From a virus: DNA of 64,000 nucleotides. Under the pieces are notes generated by a model. It was not told the origin of the DNA, made no database searches, and was given only the letters and a program-made list of their open reading frames with translations. The stretch is from positions 1 to 64,000 of the IMG/VR virus record IMGVR_UViG_3300013104_000022, one strand, 5' to 3'. Every line of letters starts with the position of its first letter. The stretch's first letter is position 1. Positions 16,531-26,409 of the stretch are shown in pieces. The translations under genes were made by a program, and so were the position numbers.

Positions 16531-17444
16531 GCCGCTGTCACCGCTTCCATAACTGCTGTATTGACCCCACCCCTGAGGGCTTCATCCGCTTGAGCGAGGA
16601 GCTTACGGATGTGAATTCTTCTCTTTACATCATAGTGCTTGGCTACCGGGAGGATGTCAGGAATCAGGAAACTCTGAGTTCCCGCCGCCCGAGTGATAGC
16701 CGCTGGGGGCTGGAAGTTCACGAGCATGTCGTGCACCATACCAGCAAGGTCTAGCTTAGAGTCCAGAAGGCCTAGGACACGAGAGTACTCTTCTTGAGGC
16801 ATCTTCGCAAGGCTGAGATAAGCATCCTTCTTCTTCAGAGCCAGAAGAGAGTCCGCGAACGTGTCGCCGGGTCGCTCGCTCATGAGTTCATTCACCGCCG
16901 CAATGGTCGGCTCTTTGTCGTAGAGACTCATCTTCCATAGGATGTCTCGAACTAGACGCAAGTCCCACCCGCTACGCATGAGAAGGTGCTGAGCGACACC
17001 GATACGCATCTGCACTTTGGACTGTACCCATGCTACCGCGTGCTTGGCCGTCGAGTTGGTGAAGGGTCGGCACTCCACCACCTGTCCTTTGCCCTTGAAA
17101 GCCTCTAGGAAGTCCGCTAGGTGCTCTTCCTCTCCCTCACCTACCCGTCGTGATCTGTCCTCGTTAGAGACGAACCAGACGTAGGTGTTGGGGTTCTTGG
17201 TGCGGGTTCGGATTAGTTCAATAATGTTGTCGGTATTCTTCAGAAGCTCAGCGTTCTGGACGACGACGATACGTACGTTGTGGTCGAGAGGATACTGAGA
17301 GACGGCAGACCATACGTACTTCTCGTCGGTGGCATCTACATACTCGATGCCCCACTCGGGAGGGTTGAGGTAGTGGACCTGAGAGCGGATGACTTCAGAA
17401 ACAAGAATCTTCTCTGAACCGCACACCCACATGATGTTCTTCAC
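16524..17444 (-). CDS. Clamp-loader delta (HolA)-like protein
   Basis: WVCGSE, RIVVVQNAE, helical lid SGWDLR..RDILWK pattern. Confidence 0.55.
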   Translation of the reverse strand: MKNIMWVCGSEKILVSEVIRSQVHYLNPPEWGIEYVDATDEKYVWSAVSQYPLDHNVRIVVVQNAELLKNTDNIIELIRTRTKNPNTYVWFVSNEDRSRRVGEGEEEHLADFLEAFKGKGQVVECRPFTNSTAKHAVAWVQSKVQMRIGVAQHLLMRSGWDLRLVRDILWKMSLYDKEPTIAAVNELMSERPGDTFADSLLALKKKDAYLSLAKMPQEEYSRVLGLLDSKLDLAGMVHDMLVNFQPPAAITRAAGTQSFLIPDILPVAKHYDVKRRIHIRKLLAQADEALRGGVNTAVMEAVTAAW

Positions 17445-17463
17445 GATCCCTCGGGACCGGAAG

Positions 17464-17640
17464 CTATTCCACCATTGACTGAAGGATGACACGCTTCTCT
17501 GCCTCCACACACGGCTTGCACATATCCCAACGGTGACCATTCTCATCGACGTAGAGTTCATCGATGGGTACGAGTCCCTTACAGGAGTTTGAGATAGCTA
17601 GAGCACATAGAATCCCTTGATCCCACACACTGAAAGTCAT
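17464..17640 (-). CDS. Small Cys-rich hypothetical protein
   Basis: C...C...CKPC; translationally coupled. Confidence 0.6.
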   Translation of the reverse strand: MTFSVWDQGILCALAISNSCKGLVPIDELYVDENGHRWDMCKPCVEAEKRVILQSMVE

Positions 17641-17942
17641 TACTTCCTCGCTCTCGGCAGTTCCTTGACGCACCACTTGCACACGACGCCCTTGATCGGG
17701 ATGGTCGGGTTATCTGCAAGTTGCACAAACCCTACCCTGTCGTTACGTCGGATGCGGTGATTGGGATTGATCAGACAGTCAGAGGGAAACTGTGCCTTGA
17801 ACACGGCGGTGAGTTCGTAGTCAGGAACTTCCGGGAACTCTTCTTCCATGTCGATCTCCTGGCAGTGCTCACAGTCGATCTGTCTCTTACCCGTCATCAT
17901 GCACACCTTGTGCTCGGGGTAGTCGTTGATAATCTTGCTCAT
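17640..17942 (-). CDS. Small Cys-rich hypothetical protein
   Basis: Several CxxC motifs; coupled start/stop. Confidence 0.7.
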   Translation of the reverse strand: MSKIINDYPEHKVCMMTGKRQIDCEHCQEIDMEEEFPEVPDYELTAVFKAQFPSDCLINPNHRIRRNDRVGFVQLADNPTIPIKGVVCKWCVKELPRARK

Positions 17943-18616
17943 TTCAAGCTCCACAGTAGCTCGGCAATAGGTCCACGAACCAGGAAGCGGGGGCGTACGT
18001 CACTCACCATGCTCTTGAGAAGAAGCATGGGAAGCTGTTCGGGTACGTCTACTTCCTCACCGGTGAAGGTTTCGAACTTCTTCGTCAGCTTCTCCTCACA
18101 CCATGTTAGCAACAAATCGGTGTGGTTGTCTGACCACCGGGTAGCGACCTCATTGAGAGCGTCCATGTCGCGGTCCTGGAAGGCCCGTAGAAGCGCGAGA
18201 ACTACGCCCTTGACCTCCGTGTACACAGGAGGGGCGTACGTGTCGTCAAACGCCAGCCTGTACGTCTCTGCGCGAGAGAACAGCGTGTCGAGTTCTACGA
18301 CAGAGCCAGTGATGATGACGCTGTGTGTCTCCGGGAGGTTTTCGATTCTGAGAAGAAGCTTCTCTCGCATGTGTGGAGTCAGGTTGTCGTCAAAGATCAA
18401 GACCTTCTTGTAGGAGTACGGGGCGGACATAAACCAGTCGTCCACCGACTTGTCGGGAATGCCAGGAGTCCACCACGAGATGTCCTCGGCGTTGTAGGAA
18501 AGGGACTCGATTACCTTCTGGATCAGAGTGGTCTTTCCAGACTGACGTGCTCCGACGATGTAAGTAACGGGAGGTAGCCCGCGACGAGTGAGACGTTCCT
18601 TAATGTCATCATACAT
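17939..18616 (-). CDS. Degenerate AAA+ protein, clamp-loader delta-prime (HolB)-like
   Basis: GARQSGKT, KKVLIFDD, LL.RIE, TLFSRA (cf. TI.SRC). Confidence 0.6.
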   Translation of the reverse strand: MYDDIKERLTRRGLPPVTYIVGARQSGKTTLIQKVIESLSYNAEDISWWTPGIPDKSVDDWFMSAPYSYKKVLIFDDNLTPHMREKLLLRIENLPETHSVIITGSVVELDTLFSRAETYRLAFDDTYAPPVYTEVKGVVLALLRAFQDRDMDALNEVATRWSDNHTDLLLTWCEEKLTKKFETFTGEEVDVPEQLPMLLLKSMVSDVRPRFLVRGPIAELLWSLK

Positions 18617-18636
18617 AATTCTCTCCTAGAAAGAGC

Positions 18637-18677
18637 GAGGCGGTGGCCCCTGACGAATCAGGAGAAGCCACCGCCTC
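18637..18677 (-). terminator. GC-rich hairpin ahead of the clamp-loader/polA operon
   Basis: GAGGCGGTGGC...GCCACCGCCTC followed by GCTCTTTCT. Confidence 0.6.
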
Positions 18678-18747
18678 AAGCTGTTTGTAGGTCAACACAC
18701 ACAGCAACAGGATTGGGACTCTGCGGGAATCCCGACCATGTAGTTAC

Positions 18748-18776
18748 AGTGTATATGGTCTACACTGAAATGTCAA
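18748..18776 (-). promoter_or_regulatory. SigA-type promoter
   Basis: TTGACA-17 nt-TACACT. Confidence 0.75.
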
Positions 18777-19259
18777 CTACACGGTGGAGCGCTTTACCAA
18801 GAAATCTGGCTTAATGTGCCAGGTACAGTGAATTGCGCTACCTTCACCGATTTCCTTCTGCACGAGATCGATCACGTTCGGATCGTCATCGAACAGTACT
18901 ACCTTATCCCACATGTCCGGGAGGCTCTGCATGACCTGAACCTTGAACTTGGGGAGCTTGAGCTTGGGTCCGCCGTCCGGAAGAGGACGCATGACGAGTC
19001 TGCCCCACGGGAACATGTGCTGATCCAGCCAGGTCTGAGTCGCGGCACGAGTCTCCTCGCGGCGTCCAGTGAGGTAGCCGATCTGCCACCCCTCGCGGAT
19101 CAGACGGTTGACGAGAGCGACACCCTCCACCCACACACCGTCTGCCAGAATGTGCTCAGGCAGGAAGTAGTGAGGCCAGTCCTTCTGCTCTGCGAAGTGG
19201 GTGCGGTGTCTCTCGTCCGCGATTACTCCGTCGATGTCGATAAGTGCAAGCTTTGCCAT
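18777..19259 (-). CDS. HAD phosphatase (polynucleotide kinase-phosphatase type domain)
   Basis: DIDGVI, LTGR, T..WL, LVMRP, FDDD. Confidence 0.85.
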   Translation of the reverse strand: MAKLALIDIDGVIADERHRTHFAEQKDWPHYFLPEHILADGVWVEGVALVNRLIREGWQIGYLTGRREETRAATQTWLDQHMFPWGRLVMRPLPDGGPKLKLPKFKVQVMQSLPDMWDKVVLFDDDPNVIDLVQKEIGEGSAIHCTWHIKPDFLVKRSTV

Positions 19260-19328
19260 TATTCCTCCTATACGCCATGAGGCTCCCGAGTTGCCCCGGA
19301 AGCCTCATGAAATTGTGAACCGTACCGC

Positions 19329-19583
19329 TTACGCGAAGACCGTGGAGACGGGGACGTTGTAGCGGTTGTAGGTCTTGCCGGTGAGAGCGGTGACCTCGAC
19401 GTGGACGTTGCCAGCGGTGGCGGGAGCGACGGACTTGCCGTCTGCGTCCTGAACGGTGATGCTCTGGGTCTCACCGAGGGCGAGAACACGAGCGGCCTTC
19501 AGGGTACCGTCACCAGCGACGTACGTGACACCAGCGCCGGGGAAGACACCAGCAGGGGCAATAACAGTGTTGCGAGCGGTCAT
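19329..19583 (-). CDS. Hypothetical protein
   Basis: Strong RBS AAGGAG; upstream TTGCGG-17-TAGAGT. Confidence 0.8.
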   Translation of the reverse strand: MTARNTVIAPAGVFPGAGVTYVAGDGTLKAARVLALGETQSITVQDADGKSVAPATAGNVHVEVTALTGKTYNRYNVPVSTVFA

Positions 19584-19671
19584 GATTTCTCCTTGGTTGT
19601 TGACCTTGAGTGGGCGGCTTGCCCGACATGTAAGACTCTAACAGGTGTGGATGACGCCCGCAACCCCAGAG

Positions 19672-19902
19672 TCAACTTTTTTCCCTGAGAGAACGCTTAG
19701 CGTCCAACTCCTCCCGTGAAATCACGAAAGTAGCGGACTCTCCGAGTCGGTGAAGAGTCTCAAAGTAACCGTTCTGTGCCAGCCTGTAGCAGTACTGACG
19801 AGTGAATCCGAGGATGTGTGCGGCCTCAGTGATAGCTACCCACCCGTCGAGAACAGGGATGTCCTGATTCTGGGACAGGGGGACTGTTGTCTTCTCAGAC
19901 AT
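19672..19902 (-). CDS. Helix-turn-helix DNA-binding protein (excisionase-like)
   Basis: ITEAAHILGFTRQYCYRL..NG. Confidence 0.8.
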   Translation of the reverse strand: MSEKTTVPLSQNQDIPVLDGWVAITEAAHILGFTRQYCYRLAQNGYFETLHRLGESATFVISREELDAKRSLREKS

Positions 19903-20959
19903 GTGGTACTCCTAGTGCTTGAGTAATAGTTTTCTTAGCGATATTCATCCATTGGTCCTCTTGCGCCGGGGAAGATACCCGTGCAAGAGCTTCCATCGCA
20001 CGTCTGTAGGTCTGCTTGACCTCGCGCGTTCTTCGTTCCGTCCAGTCAGGGCAGACACGTTCTAGGTACAGGTCAAGAGCCGCATGAAGGTTCGCCTCAT
20101 TGCGTTCGTATGGCTCGGTCTGATCTGTTGTAAGCTCTAGCCACTTCGAGAAGACGGCATCTGTCTCTTCTGGGGCGCGTCCGAAGCGCTCGATAGCGGA
20201 GCGGAGAGAGGCGTGAAATTCTCGTTCTGGGTCTCCGGAGGTGTGGTGTCCCCCCACCCAGATATCCAGCATCTTATTAATTGCGTGGAAAGCCCCTGTG
20301 TGCCCCGTAGAAGCCAGGGCGGCGACACTGGCGAGGCTACGACTCATCTGCTCATTGCCACGAGGCGTGAAGCGGTCTACGACGCTTTGAATACGGGCAG
20401 ACACGGGTCCGTCACCGTAGGTGATCATCCACAGGTCTAGCTCACGCTCCGACATCGCTTGGCGCTCACTCGATGACTGAGAGCCGCCACCTACCGTGAA
20501 CTCTTCTGGGAAGAGGGAGGTGTGCTGAGAGGGGTCGGGGAGTCGGTAGGGGGCGACGACGTAGCCACCTTGGGCCTTGCGGTCGATGCCAGGGTAGATG
20601 TTGTTGGCAGAACCGATTTCCTTGGGGTACCAGAGGTGGATACCGTTACCCGAGAGGGACTTACCCATGAAGGGATCGTCTAGGTCTGGCTTGAGCTTCT
20701 TGAGGGAGATGAAGCCGCTGGGGGAGTCGGGGTGTCGGTCTACGTCGATGACCGCGAGTCCGGTTCGTCCGGGAGCGATAGCAGGTAGAGCGCCGGGGTG
20801 CTCATCCCACCACGCATGGATAGCGGCAGGATCGACAGAGGCGAGTCCTTCCCAGTCCTTGAGTCCCTTGTAGGGAACCTTCTCTTTACCTACTGGGAAG
20901 ACATAGTAGCCCTTCGATGCGTGATCGAGAGCGAGGGGTCTAAAGTCCCGGAATGCCAC
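19895..20959 (-). CDS. Bifunctional primase-polymerase (prim-pol)
   Basis: VFPV..K.P, AWW..HP, VIDVD, SGNGIHLW, GID.KAQGGYVVAP. Confidence 0.85.
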   Translation of the reverse strand: MAFRDFRPLALDHASKGYYVFPVGKEKVPYKGLKDWEGLASVDPAAIHAWWDEHPGALPAIAPGRTGLAVIDVDRHPDSPSGFISLKKLKPDLDDPFMGKSLSGNGIHLWYPKEIGSANNIYPGIDRKAQGGYVVAPYRLPDPSQHTSLFPEEFTVGGGSQSSSERQAMSERELDLWMITYGDGPVSARIQSVVDRFTPRGNEQMSRSLASVAALASTGHTGAFHAINKMLDIWVGGHHTSGDPEREFHASLRSAIERFGRAPEETDAVFSKWLELTTDQTEPYERNEANLHAALDLYLERVCPDWTERRTREVKQTYRRAMEALARVSSPAQEDQWMNIAKKTITQALGVPHV

Positions 20960-21029
20960 AAATGCCTCCTAAAGCGATAGTTGTATCCTATCAACCTTAG
21001 GAGGCATTTGCAACCTATTGCTTTTTGTG

Positions 21030-21737
21030 TTATGGGGCTACACGTCCCGCTTCGATGAAGCCCTGCCAAATGAGGGGGAACGTGTTTGCGAACTCTTCTT
21101 CCATGCGCTCGGCTACCTGCTCGATCTCCCACATGGGATGCGAGCGGACGAGAGCGATGTCAGAGTCAATACGCTGAGCCAGGAAGTTCATGAGGGATCG
21201 AAGGTTGATCGACAGATAGACCTCCGTCATGAATCCTACGGGTAGCACGTCTCGGGCTACCTCTGTCCAGATACCCGCCTCTAGCATCACTTGGTAGGCT
21301 TCCCAGGCCTTTTCGTAAGCCACAAGGTGTGCCTTTTCCATCACACTGAACTGCGCTTGGGTAGACTCCCCGCGCTCCGGACGGGCAGAAGTTCCCGTAT
21401 TCACGAGAGGGCGTTCTACCGGGGGAAGGTAGAAGTTATTCTCTAGTTCTCTGTACCTTCCAGACACTTCGCTGATAGAAGAAATGCGGTGCTTAGCTAC
21501 CTGACGCATAACGGTAATCGGCATCTGAATGTAGAACGTGAATCCCTCGTGCTCAAAAGGAACACCGTGGCGCATCTTCACCAAGTGTTTGATAAGCCCC
21601 TCCTTCTTGGCGGGGGAGAGCAGAGTAGGGTCATTGGCTCCCTTGACGGATACCTGAGCCGCGCGTACAGAGAACTCATCCGACCCCCAGTGTTGCATGA
21701 CCTCGACCGTGGAGTGGCGTTTGATATTGATTGACAT
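21030..21737 (-). CDS. thyX: FAD-dependent thymidylate synthase
   Basis: H..PFEH, KHRISSISEVSGRY, E.ARDVLP, NLRSLMNF..R. Confidence 0.92.
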   Translation of the reverse strand: MSINIKRHSTVEVMQHWGSDEFSVRAAQVSVKGANDPTLLSPAKKEGLIKHLVKMRHGVPFEHEGFTFYIQMPITVMRQVAKHRISSISEVSGRYRELENNFYLPPVERPLVNTGTSARPERGESTQAQFSVMEKAHLVAYEKAWEAYQVMLEAGIWTEVARDVLPVGFMTEVYLSINLRSLMNFLAQRIDSDIALVRSHPMWEIEQVAERMEEEFANTFPLIWQGFIEAGRVAP

Positions 21738-21744
21738 AGCTTTC

Positions 21745-23202
21745 CTAAAGGATAGAGAGTGGATCAGAGTCAGTGACAGAAGTCATTGCGGGCTGGAAGG
21801 CAGAGCCTCCACGGGCGGCGAAGGTAGCTGTTGCATAGTCCACCTCGACAAGGAGACCGTTGGCCGTCTCACCGTCTCGGTTCTTCATGACTTGCATGGT
21901 GACCTCAGCACGTCGATTCGTGTTGTCGGACGGCGCGAGCATGGACACCAGTACGTCGGCAGAGTTCGTGGCTTCCGCCGTCTCACTCAATCCCGCAGTT
22001 GTGTACATACCCAGTGACTCAGCTTGCTTGCGAGCCTCACGGGACACCTGCCAGGGAGACACGAAGGGAACTCCGAACCCATCCTGGAAGGTTGTAGCTA
22101 CCTGCTTGGCATCGATGATGATCTGCTTCAACTCTTCACGAACATTGTTACGACGGTACTCCGAGGCGAGAAGTCCCAGGTAGTCCATAATTACGAGGTC
22201 TACTTGCATCCTTCTCTGGATGCGGATGAGTCGCTGTTCTAGCGAGGCAATCGTGGCGGCACGAGGAACTTGAGCAATGTAGATACGCCCATACTCAGGG
22301 TTATTCGTGTAGTCATCGACAACCTTCTTGAACGTCTTCTCTTCGGGAGCACTCAGCGTTCCTCCCTTGAGGTCACGGCTATTGAGTCCGTTGGGGTTCT
22401 CGAAGATAGGGAGAGTCGAGTGCCTAGCGATGAGCTTGCGTCGTACCTGAGGACGTAGGGTCTCTGTTGTGAAAAACACAACGTTCTTGCCCTGCATGAT
22501 AGCGGCGTTCCACGCTAGCTGTGTAACCAAGGTGGTCTTACCGTCAGAGGAGTAACCGGCGATCAGACAGAGGTCTCCCCGCTGTAGCCCCTGGATGTGA
22601 TTGTCCAGAGTAGGGATACCGAACTCGATACCCCGGCTAGTGCCTGAGAGGTGGGCGTCCTTACGCTCAAGATAGTCATTGAGGATGTCGTTGCCTTCAT
22701 CCATCATGTCGCCCTCAGGCGCGTCCTGTTGAGTGAGTTCCCTGTCGATGTCTACGAAGGCCTCTAGAAGGTATCCACGGGCGTCTGAGTGCCCCTTGAG
22801 AAGAACCCCGCCCTGTGTCTCCTTGCCTTCACGAACAATTTCCATAGCGTTCGTGAGAGCGCCGATGGTTTCCTTCTCCGAGACAAGTTCTCGAAGTTGG
22901 TCTAGGGACCATAGGAACTCAGCGTCCTCGACGGAGTTTTCAGCATAGAGTCGGTAAGTCTCTACAAATAGGTGTGTCTGTCCTGACTCAACCTTGTCAC
23001 GGAGGTGGTCTTCCAGAAACTTCTCTGGCATCACCGAGCCGTCAGTTTTGTCGGCGTATCTCTCCAACATAATGAAGAGAGCTTTTTGAGACTTCTCTGC
23101 GAAATGCTCAGGTGTGAGCTTTCGCATTGCCTTCTCTAGTAGGTCTCTTCTGTTCGGGAGAATAGAGGACAGAACAATCTTACCGTGTCCTGTCGCATCC
23201 AT
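21745..23202 (-). CDS. dnaB: DnaB-like replicative helicase
   Basis: AGYSSDGKTT, IMDYLGLL, QVSRE, KNRDGE. Confidence 0.9.
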   Translation of the reverse strand: MDATGHGKIVLSSILPNRRDLLEKAMRKLTPEHFAEKSQKALFIMLERYADKTDGSVMPEKFLEDHLRDKVESGQTHLFVETYRLYAENSVEDAEFLWSLDQLRELVSEKETIGALTNAMEIVREGKETQGGVLLKGHSDARGYLLEAFVDIDRELTQQDAPEGDMMDEGNDILNDYLERKDAHLSGTSRGIEFGIPTLDNHIQGLQRGDLCLIAGYSSDGKTTLVTQLAWNAAIMQGKNVVFFTTETLRPQVRRKLIARHSTLPIFENPNGLNSRDLKGGTLSAPEEKTFKKVVDDYTNNPEYGRIYIAQVPRAATIASLEQRLIRIQRRMQVDLVIMDYLGLLASEYRRNNVREELKQIIIDAKQVATTFQDGFGVPFVSPWQVSREARKQAESLGMYTTAGLSETAEATNSADVLVSMLAPSDNTNRRAEVTMQVMKNRDGETANGLLVEVDYATATFAARGGSAFQPAMTSVTDSDPLSIL

Positions 23203-23435
23203 TACTTACTCGCAGTGAAGGCCTGAATCTTGGACCCTGCGTCGAACTGAATAGGGAGAATCTTTCCGGCGAAGATGAAGGAGAGTCCACCTTCTGTTCG
23301 AATTTCCGCAATGATGCCGAAGTTCATAACGTGGTCACCCACCGCTAGTTCGCTGGGGTAGACCTCAAGCCACTCCTTGCCGTGGGAGGAGAGGTCGATA
23401 GAGGGGTTCTTGAAAGGCTGAGGAATACTAGGCAT
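23202..23435 (-). CDS. Hypothetical protein
   Basis: Coupled start/stop overlaps. Confidence 0.7.
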   Translation of the reverse strand: MPSIPQPFKNPSIDLSSHGKEWLEVYPSELAVGDHVMNFGIIAEIRTEGGLSFIFAGKILPIQFDAGSKIQAFTASK

Positions 23436-23845
23436 CAGAGTGCTCCTTCTAGGTACTCAATGAGCTTGGGTGTGGGCTTGAAGTAGTTCGGTCCCTTGAG
23501 AATCTTTCCGAGAGGATACCCGTCAGTACCGTCGCTGACGATGGGGTTTCCATTTTCATCGAGCTTGCTCATGTTGGACTCATGAATCGCATCTCGGATA
23601 ACTTCATCATCGAAGCCGTGCTCCGACATAGAACCGTAGACGACAACCAGGAGATCGCCCAGAGCGTCTGCGGCTTCTACAAGGTCTCCCTTTTCGAGAG
23701 CTTCCTCATACTCGTTTAGTTCTTCCTGAATGAGCTTGACACGAAGCGCCGCCCGGTCCTCGGGGATGAGATGAGGTTCGTCACTGACGGGGGCACCGAA
23801 TGCCTCGTGAAATTCTCGAACCATCTGAAGAGACTTGCTAGCCAT
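23435..23845 (-). CDS. MazG-like nucleotide pyrophosphohydrolase
   Basis: V.EFH.AF, LIQEELNE, DALGD, HESNMSK, GKILKGPNY. Confidence 0.88.
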   Translation of the reverse strand: MASKSLQMVREFHEAFGAPVSDEPHLIPEDRAALRVKLIQEELNEYEEALEKGDLVEAADALGDLLVVVYGSMSEHGFDDEVIRDAIHESNMSKLDENGNPIVSDGTDGYPLGKILKGPNYFKPTPKLIEYLEGAL

Positions 23846-23862
23846 GATGTTGACCTTCTGTG

Positions 23863-24549
23863 TTAGTGAGCGCTGTGCTTGAGCGCTGAGTGGAGGGTGA
23901 GAACCGCGTCCTCGTGCTCCTGCCGTACCAATCCTAGCCGAACCTGTAGCTCGGCCGCAATAGCTGGGAACTCCAAACCACTATAGTAGCGCAAAGTAAC
24001 GATAGCTTGTTGCAAAGGTGTCAAAATGTTCCACTGAGAGACCATCGCCGCTCGCATACGGTTCTCTGCCGCTGTCCCCTCAACGGTGTCCTCGGCTAGA
24101 AGTTCCATCGGGAGATAATCAGAGTCTAGAGAAAAGGATGTGGCTTCCACGACCTGGATGATACTCTTCACCTTATCCACCGAGAGGTTGGTGATGTCCG
24201 CCACCTCTTCGACACTTCTGCCCGCTCCGAGACCGGCCTTCTGGAACGCCTTGTAGGAGATTCGCTTATTCCGAGGAACGTGATCCTGGTTTCTCATCCA
24301 GTCAAGGATAGCCCCCCGGATGCGCTGTCGGGCGTATCCCGCGAAGTGCTTGGCCTCAGTGCTCCCCTCATCCATCATGGACGGGTCGAACTTCATGGCC
24401 GCGCTGATAAGCCCTTGGTGGGCGGCAGACACGAGATCATCGATGTCCAACTTCTCAGGGTTCCGCGCCCACGCTACTTGGGCGAGATAGTGAGCCAGGT
24501 CCACGTTATCTTGAACGAGTCTCTTCTGGTACTCAGTTAGTTTGCTCAT
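23863..24549 (-). CDS. RNA polymerase sigma factor, FliA/WhiG-like
   Basis: DDLVSAA..GL..A..KFDP, F..YA.QRIRGAILD.MR..D; region 4 L.YY.GL....IA. Confidence 0.9.
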   Translation of the reverse strand: MSKLTEYQKRLVQDNVDLAHYLAQVAWARNPEKLDIDDLVSAAHQGLISAAMKFDPSMMDEGSTEAKHFAGYARQRIRGAILDWMRNQDHVPRNKRISYKAFQKAGLGAGRSVEEVADITNLSVDKVKSIIQVVEATSFSLDSDYLPMELLAEDTVEGTAAENRMRAAMVSQWNILTPLQQAIVTLRYYSGLEFPAIAAELQVRLGLVRQEHEDAVLTLHSALKHSAH

Positions 24550-24552
24550 GTT

Positions 24553-26205
24553 CTATCCACTAATCAGGTGAAGGAGTTCGGTAGCACTCAGCGCTTCGAA
24601 CAGTTGAGAGTTCTCTTCCCAGATGTGAGAAGCTAGTGCCGCCTCGCGTCGGAGAAGCGGCATGATACGAGCCTCTTGAGTATTTACGGTCAAGAGGTTG
24701 TGGACAAAGACGTGCGGATACGCACTTCCGTCACGGCGGATACGACCTGCCAACTGTTCCATTCTAGCAGGATTTAGAATCATGTCCATATTAATCAGGT
24801 GACGAGCCACCTGAAGGTTCAGAGATTGCTCGATGGACGTAGTTCCCAGGAAGATTCGACAATCAGGATCAGTCCAGAATCTCTTCTGGGAATCCCGGCG
24901 CTTCTGCTTGTTGGTGACCTCACCCCACACCGTCTCGAATCCGATTCCTTCCTTTCGGAACCGATCTTGCAGTGCTCGAATAGAGTTCTTGTACTGGGAG
25001 AAGACGACCACCTTCTCGTCCCCCAGAGAGCCGCCCTTGCGAACGTTTTCCATAATCCAGTCCATCTTGACGGACGTGAGGGGATCATCTGCTTCACCGA
25101 GAGTCGCGAGACCGTCACAAATCTGAGAGCCATAGGTCAACTTGGCGAGAGCTTGAATCTTCTGCTTGGTGACCGCTCCCTCTTCCTTCAGAATCTTGAG
25201 AACGCCCTGTTGCAGTTCCTTGTACTTGGCACGCTGTCTCGGGTACAACTCAAGCATCACGTCGTCAGGGACGATGGTCGGCATACTGACATCGCCAGCT
25301 ACGTCGTCTGTGGTGCGACGGAGGTACATAGGGGCAATCTTCTTCTTCAGAACAGCCAGGTTCTTGTAACCCACCTGAGTACGCTTGCGCTTACCCGTGG
25401 CGTTGTCGATAACCCAATCGAACCTGATGTAGTTCTTCTCGAAGGTCTCTTGACGACCGAAGACGTTGTAGCCTCCGATGCCGTCTAGCTGTGCATAGAG
25501 TTCAAGAAGTTTCTTCTGAAGTGGGGTAGCCGTCACGATGACGTAGCGCTCGGCCTTCATACCCATCTTGTCGATGTAGTAGGAAGTCTGGGTCTCCTCG
25601 TGGCGTAGCTGATCGATGTCGTCTGTCACGACAAGGTTGATCTTGAACTTGTTGATCAAATCGAAGTCATTGCGGAAGGTCTCAGGACCGACAAGCATCA
25701 CATGCCAGTCGGTGAGGTAGTTGTCCACGCGCTTCTTACGCACACCGTCAGCGATGGTGACCTTGAGTCCGGGCATCATTCGAAGAAGTTCGTCGCGCCA
25801 TTGGTGCAGGGCGGGCGCGCGCGGGATGATCACGGCCCTTCCGTCTTCCGGAATCTCACCGGTTTCAAGAAGTAGAGCGAGAAGTCCACCTACCTGTGCG
25901 GACTTTCCGAGTCCAGGAACGTCAGCTAGCAGAGCCTTCTTCCTGAGATACAGCCAGGTCATTCCGATTCGCTGGTGCTTGCGGAAGAAGATGGGGCACT
26001 CGGTACACAGAGGCTTAGGACGGTCCAGGACCGTACGCTTGGTACCGTCTGGTAGCTCCTCGATCCATCCGGATCGGTGCTTACGGCAGAGTTGATAGTT
26101 CCAAGCTGATAGCTCGGGGATGTTGATGTTGCTGAAGTTACGAACCTTCCAGGCTAGCTTCTCCCGGTGTTCGTCTTCAAGATCGCGTGTGTCAAGCTTA
26201 AACAA
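24553..26205 (-). CDS. SNF2-family helicase
   Basis: LADVPGLGKS, TATP, LRRT, KVVVFSQY, LNLQ, NPA..EQ..GRI.R. Confidence 0.9.
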   Translation of the reverse strand: MFKLDTRDLEDEHREKLAWKVRNFSNINIPELSAWNYQLCRKHRSGWIEELPDGTKRTVLDRPKPLCTECPIFFRKHQRIGMTWLYLRKKALLADVPGLGKSAQVGGLLALLLETGEIPEDGRAVIIPRAPALHQWRDELLRMMPGLKVTIADGVRKKRVDNYLTDWHVMLVGPETFRNDFDLINKFKINLVVTDDIDQLRHEETQTSYYIDKMGMKAERYVIVTATPLQKKLLELYAQLDGIGGYNVFGRQETFEKNYIRFDWVIDNATGKRKRTQVGYKNLAVLKKKIAPMYLRRTTDDVAGDVSMPTIVPDDVMLELYPRQRAKYKELQQGVLKILKEEGAVTKQKIQALAKLTYGSQICDGLATLGEADDPLTSVKMDWIMENVRKGGSLGDEKVVVFSQYKNSIRALQDRFRKEGIGFETVWGEVTNKQKRRDSQKRFWTDPDCRIFLGTTSIEQSLNLQVARHLINMDMILNPARMEQLAGRIRRDGSAYPHVFVHNLLTVNTQEARIMPLLRREAALASHIWEENSQLFEALSATELLHLISG

Positions 26206-26250
26206 AAGAACCTCCTAACTGTCTCGACCCTAAGAGTCGATCATACACAG

Positions 26251-26409
26251 TTACGAGGCATCGTGGGTAGCCGAAGAGGCTTCCTTGCGGTTCAGGATAT
26301 CAGAAGCACTGAGAGCGATATCAATAGCATATGAGGTATCGGTCGCGAATGCTTCCTTAGCCTCTGCAAGGAGAGGTTCTAGTTGCGTGGGAATAGTAAA
26401 GACAGCCAT
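26251..26409 (-). CDS. 52-aa hypothetical protein (MAVFTIPTQL...)
   Basis: Open frame with TATAGT 6 nt upstream (leaderless). Confidence 0.5.
   Translation of the reverse strand: MAVFTIPTQLEPLLAEAKEAFATDTSYAIDIALSASDILNRKEASSATHDAS

Noticed and set aside
19672-19902. Excisionase implying a temperate phage
   Set aside because: No integrase or repressor in the window; this HTH family is common in lytic phages.
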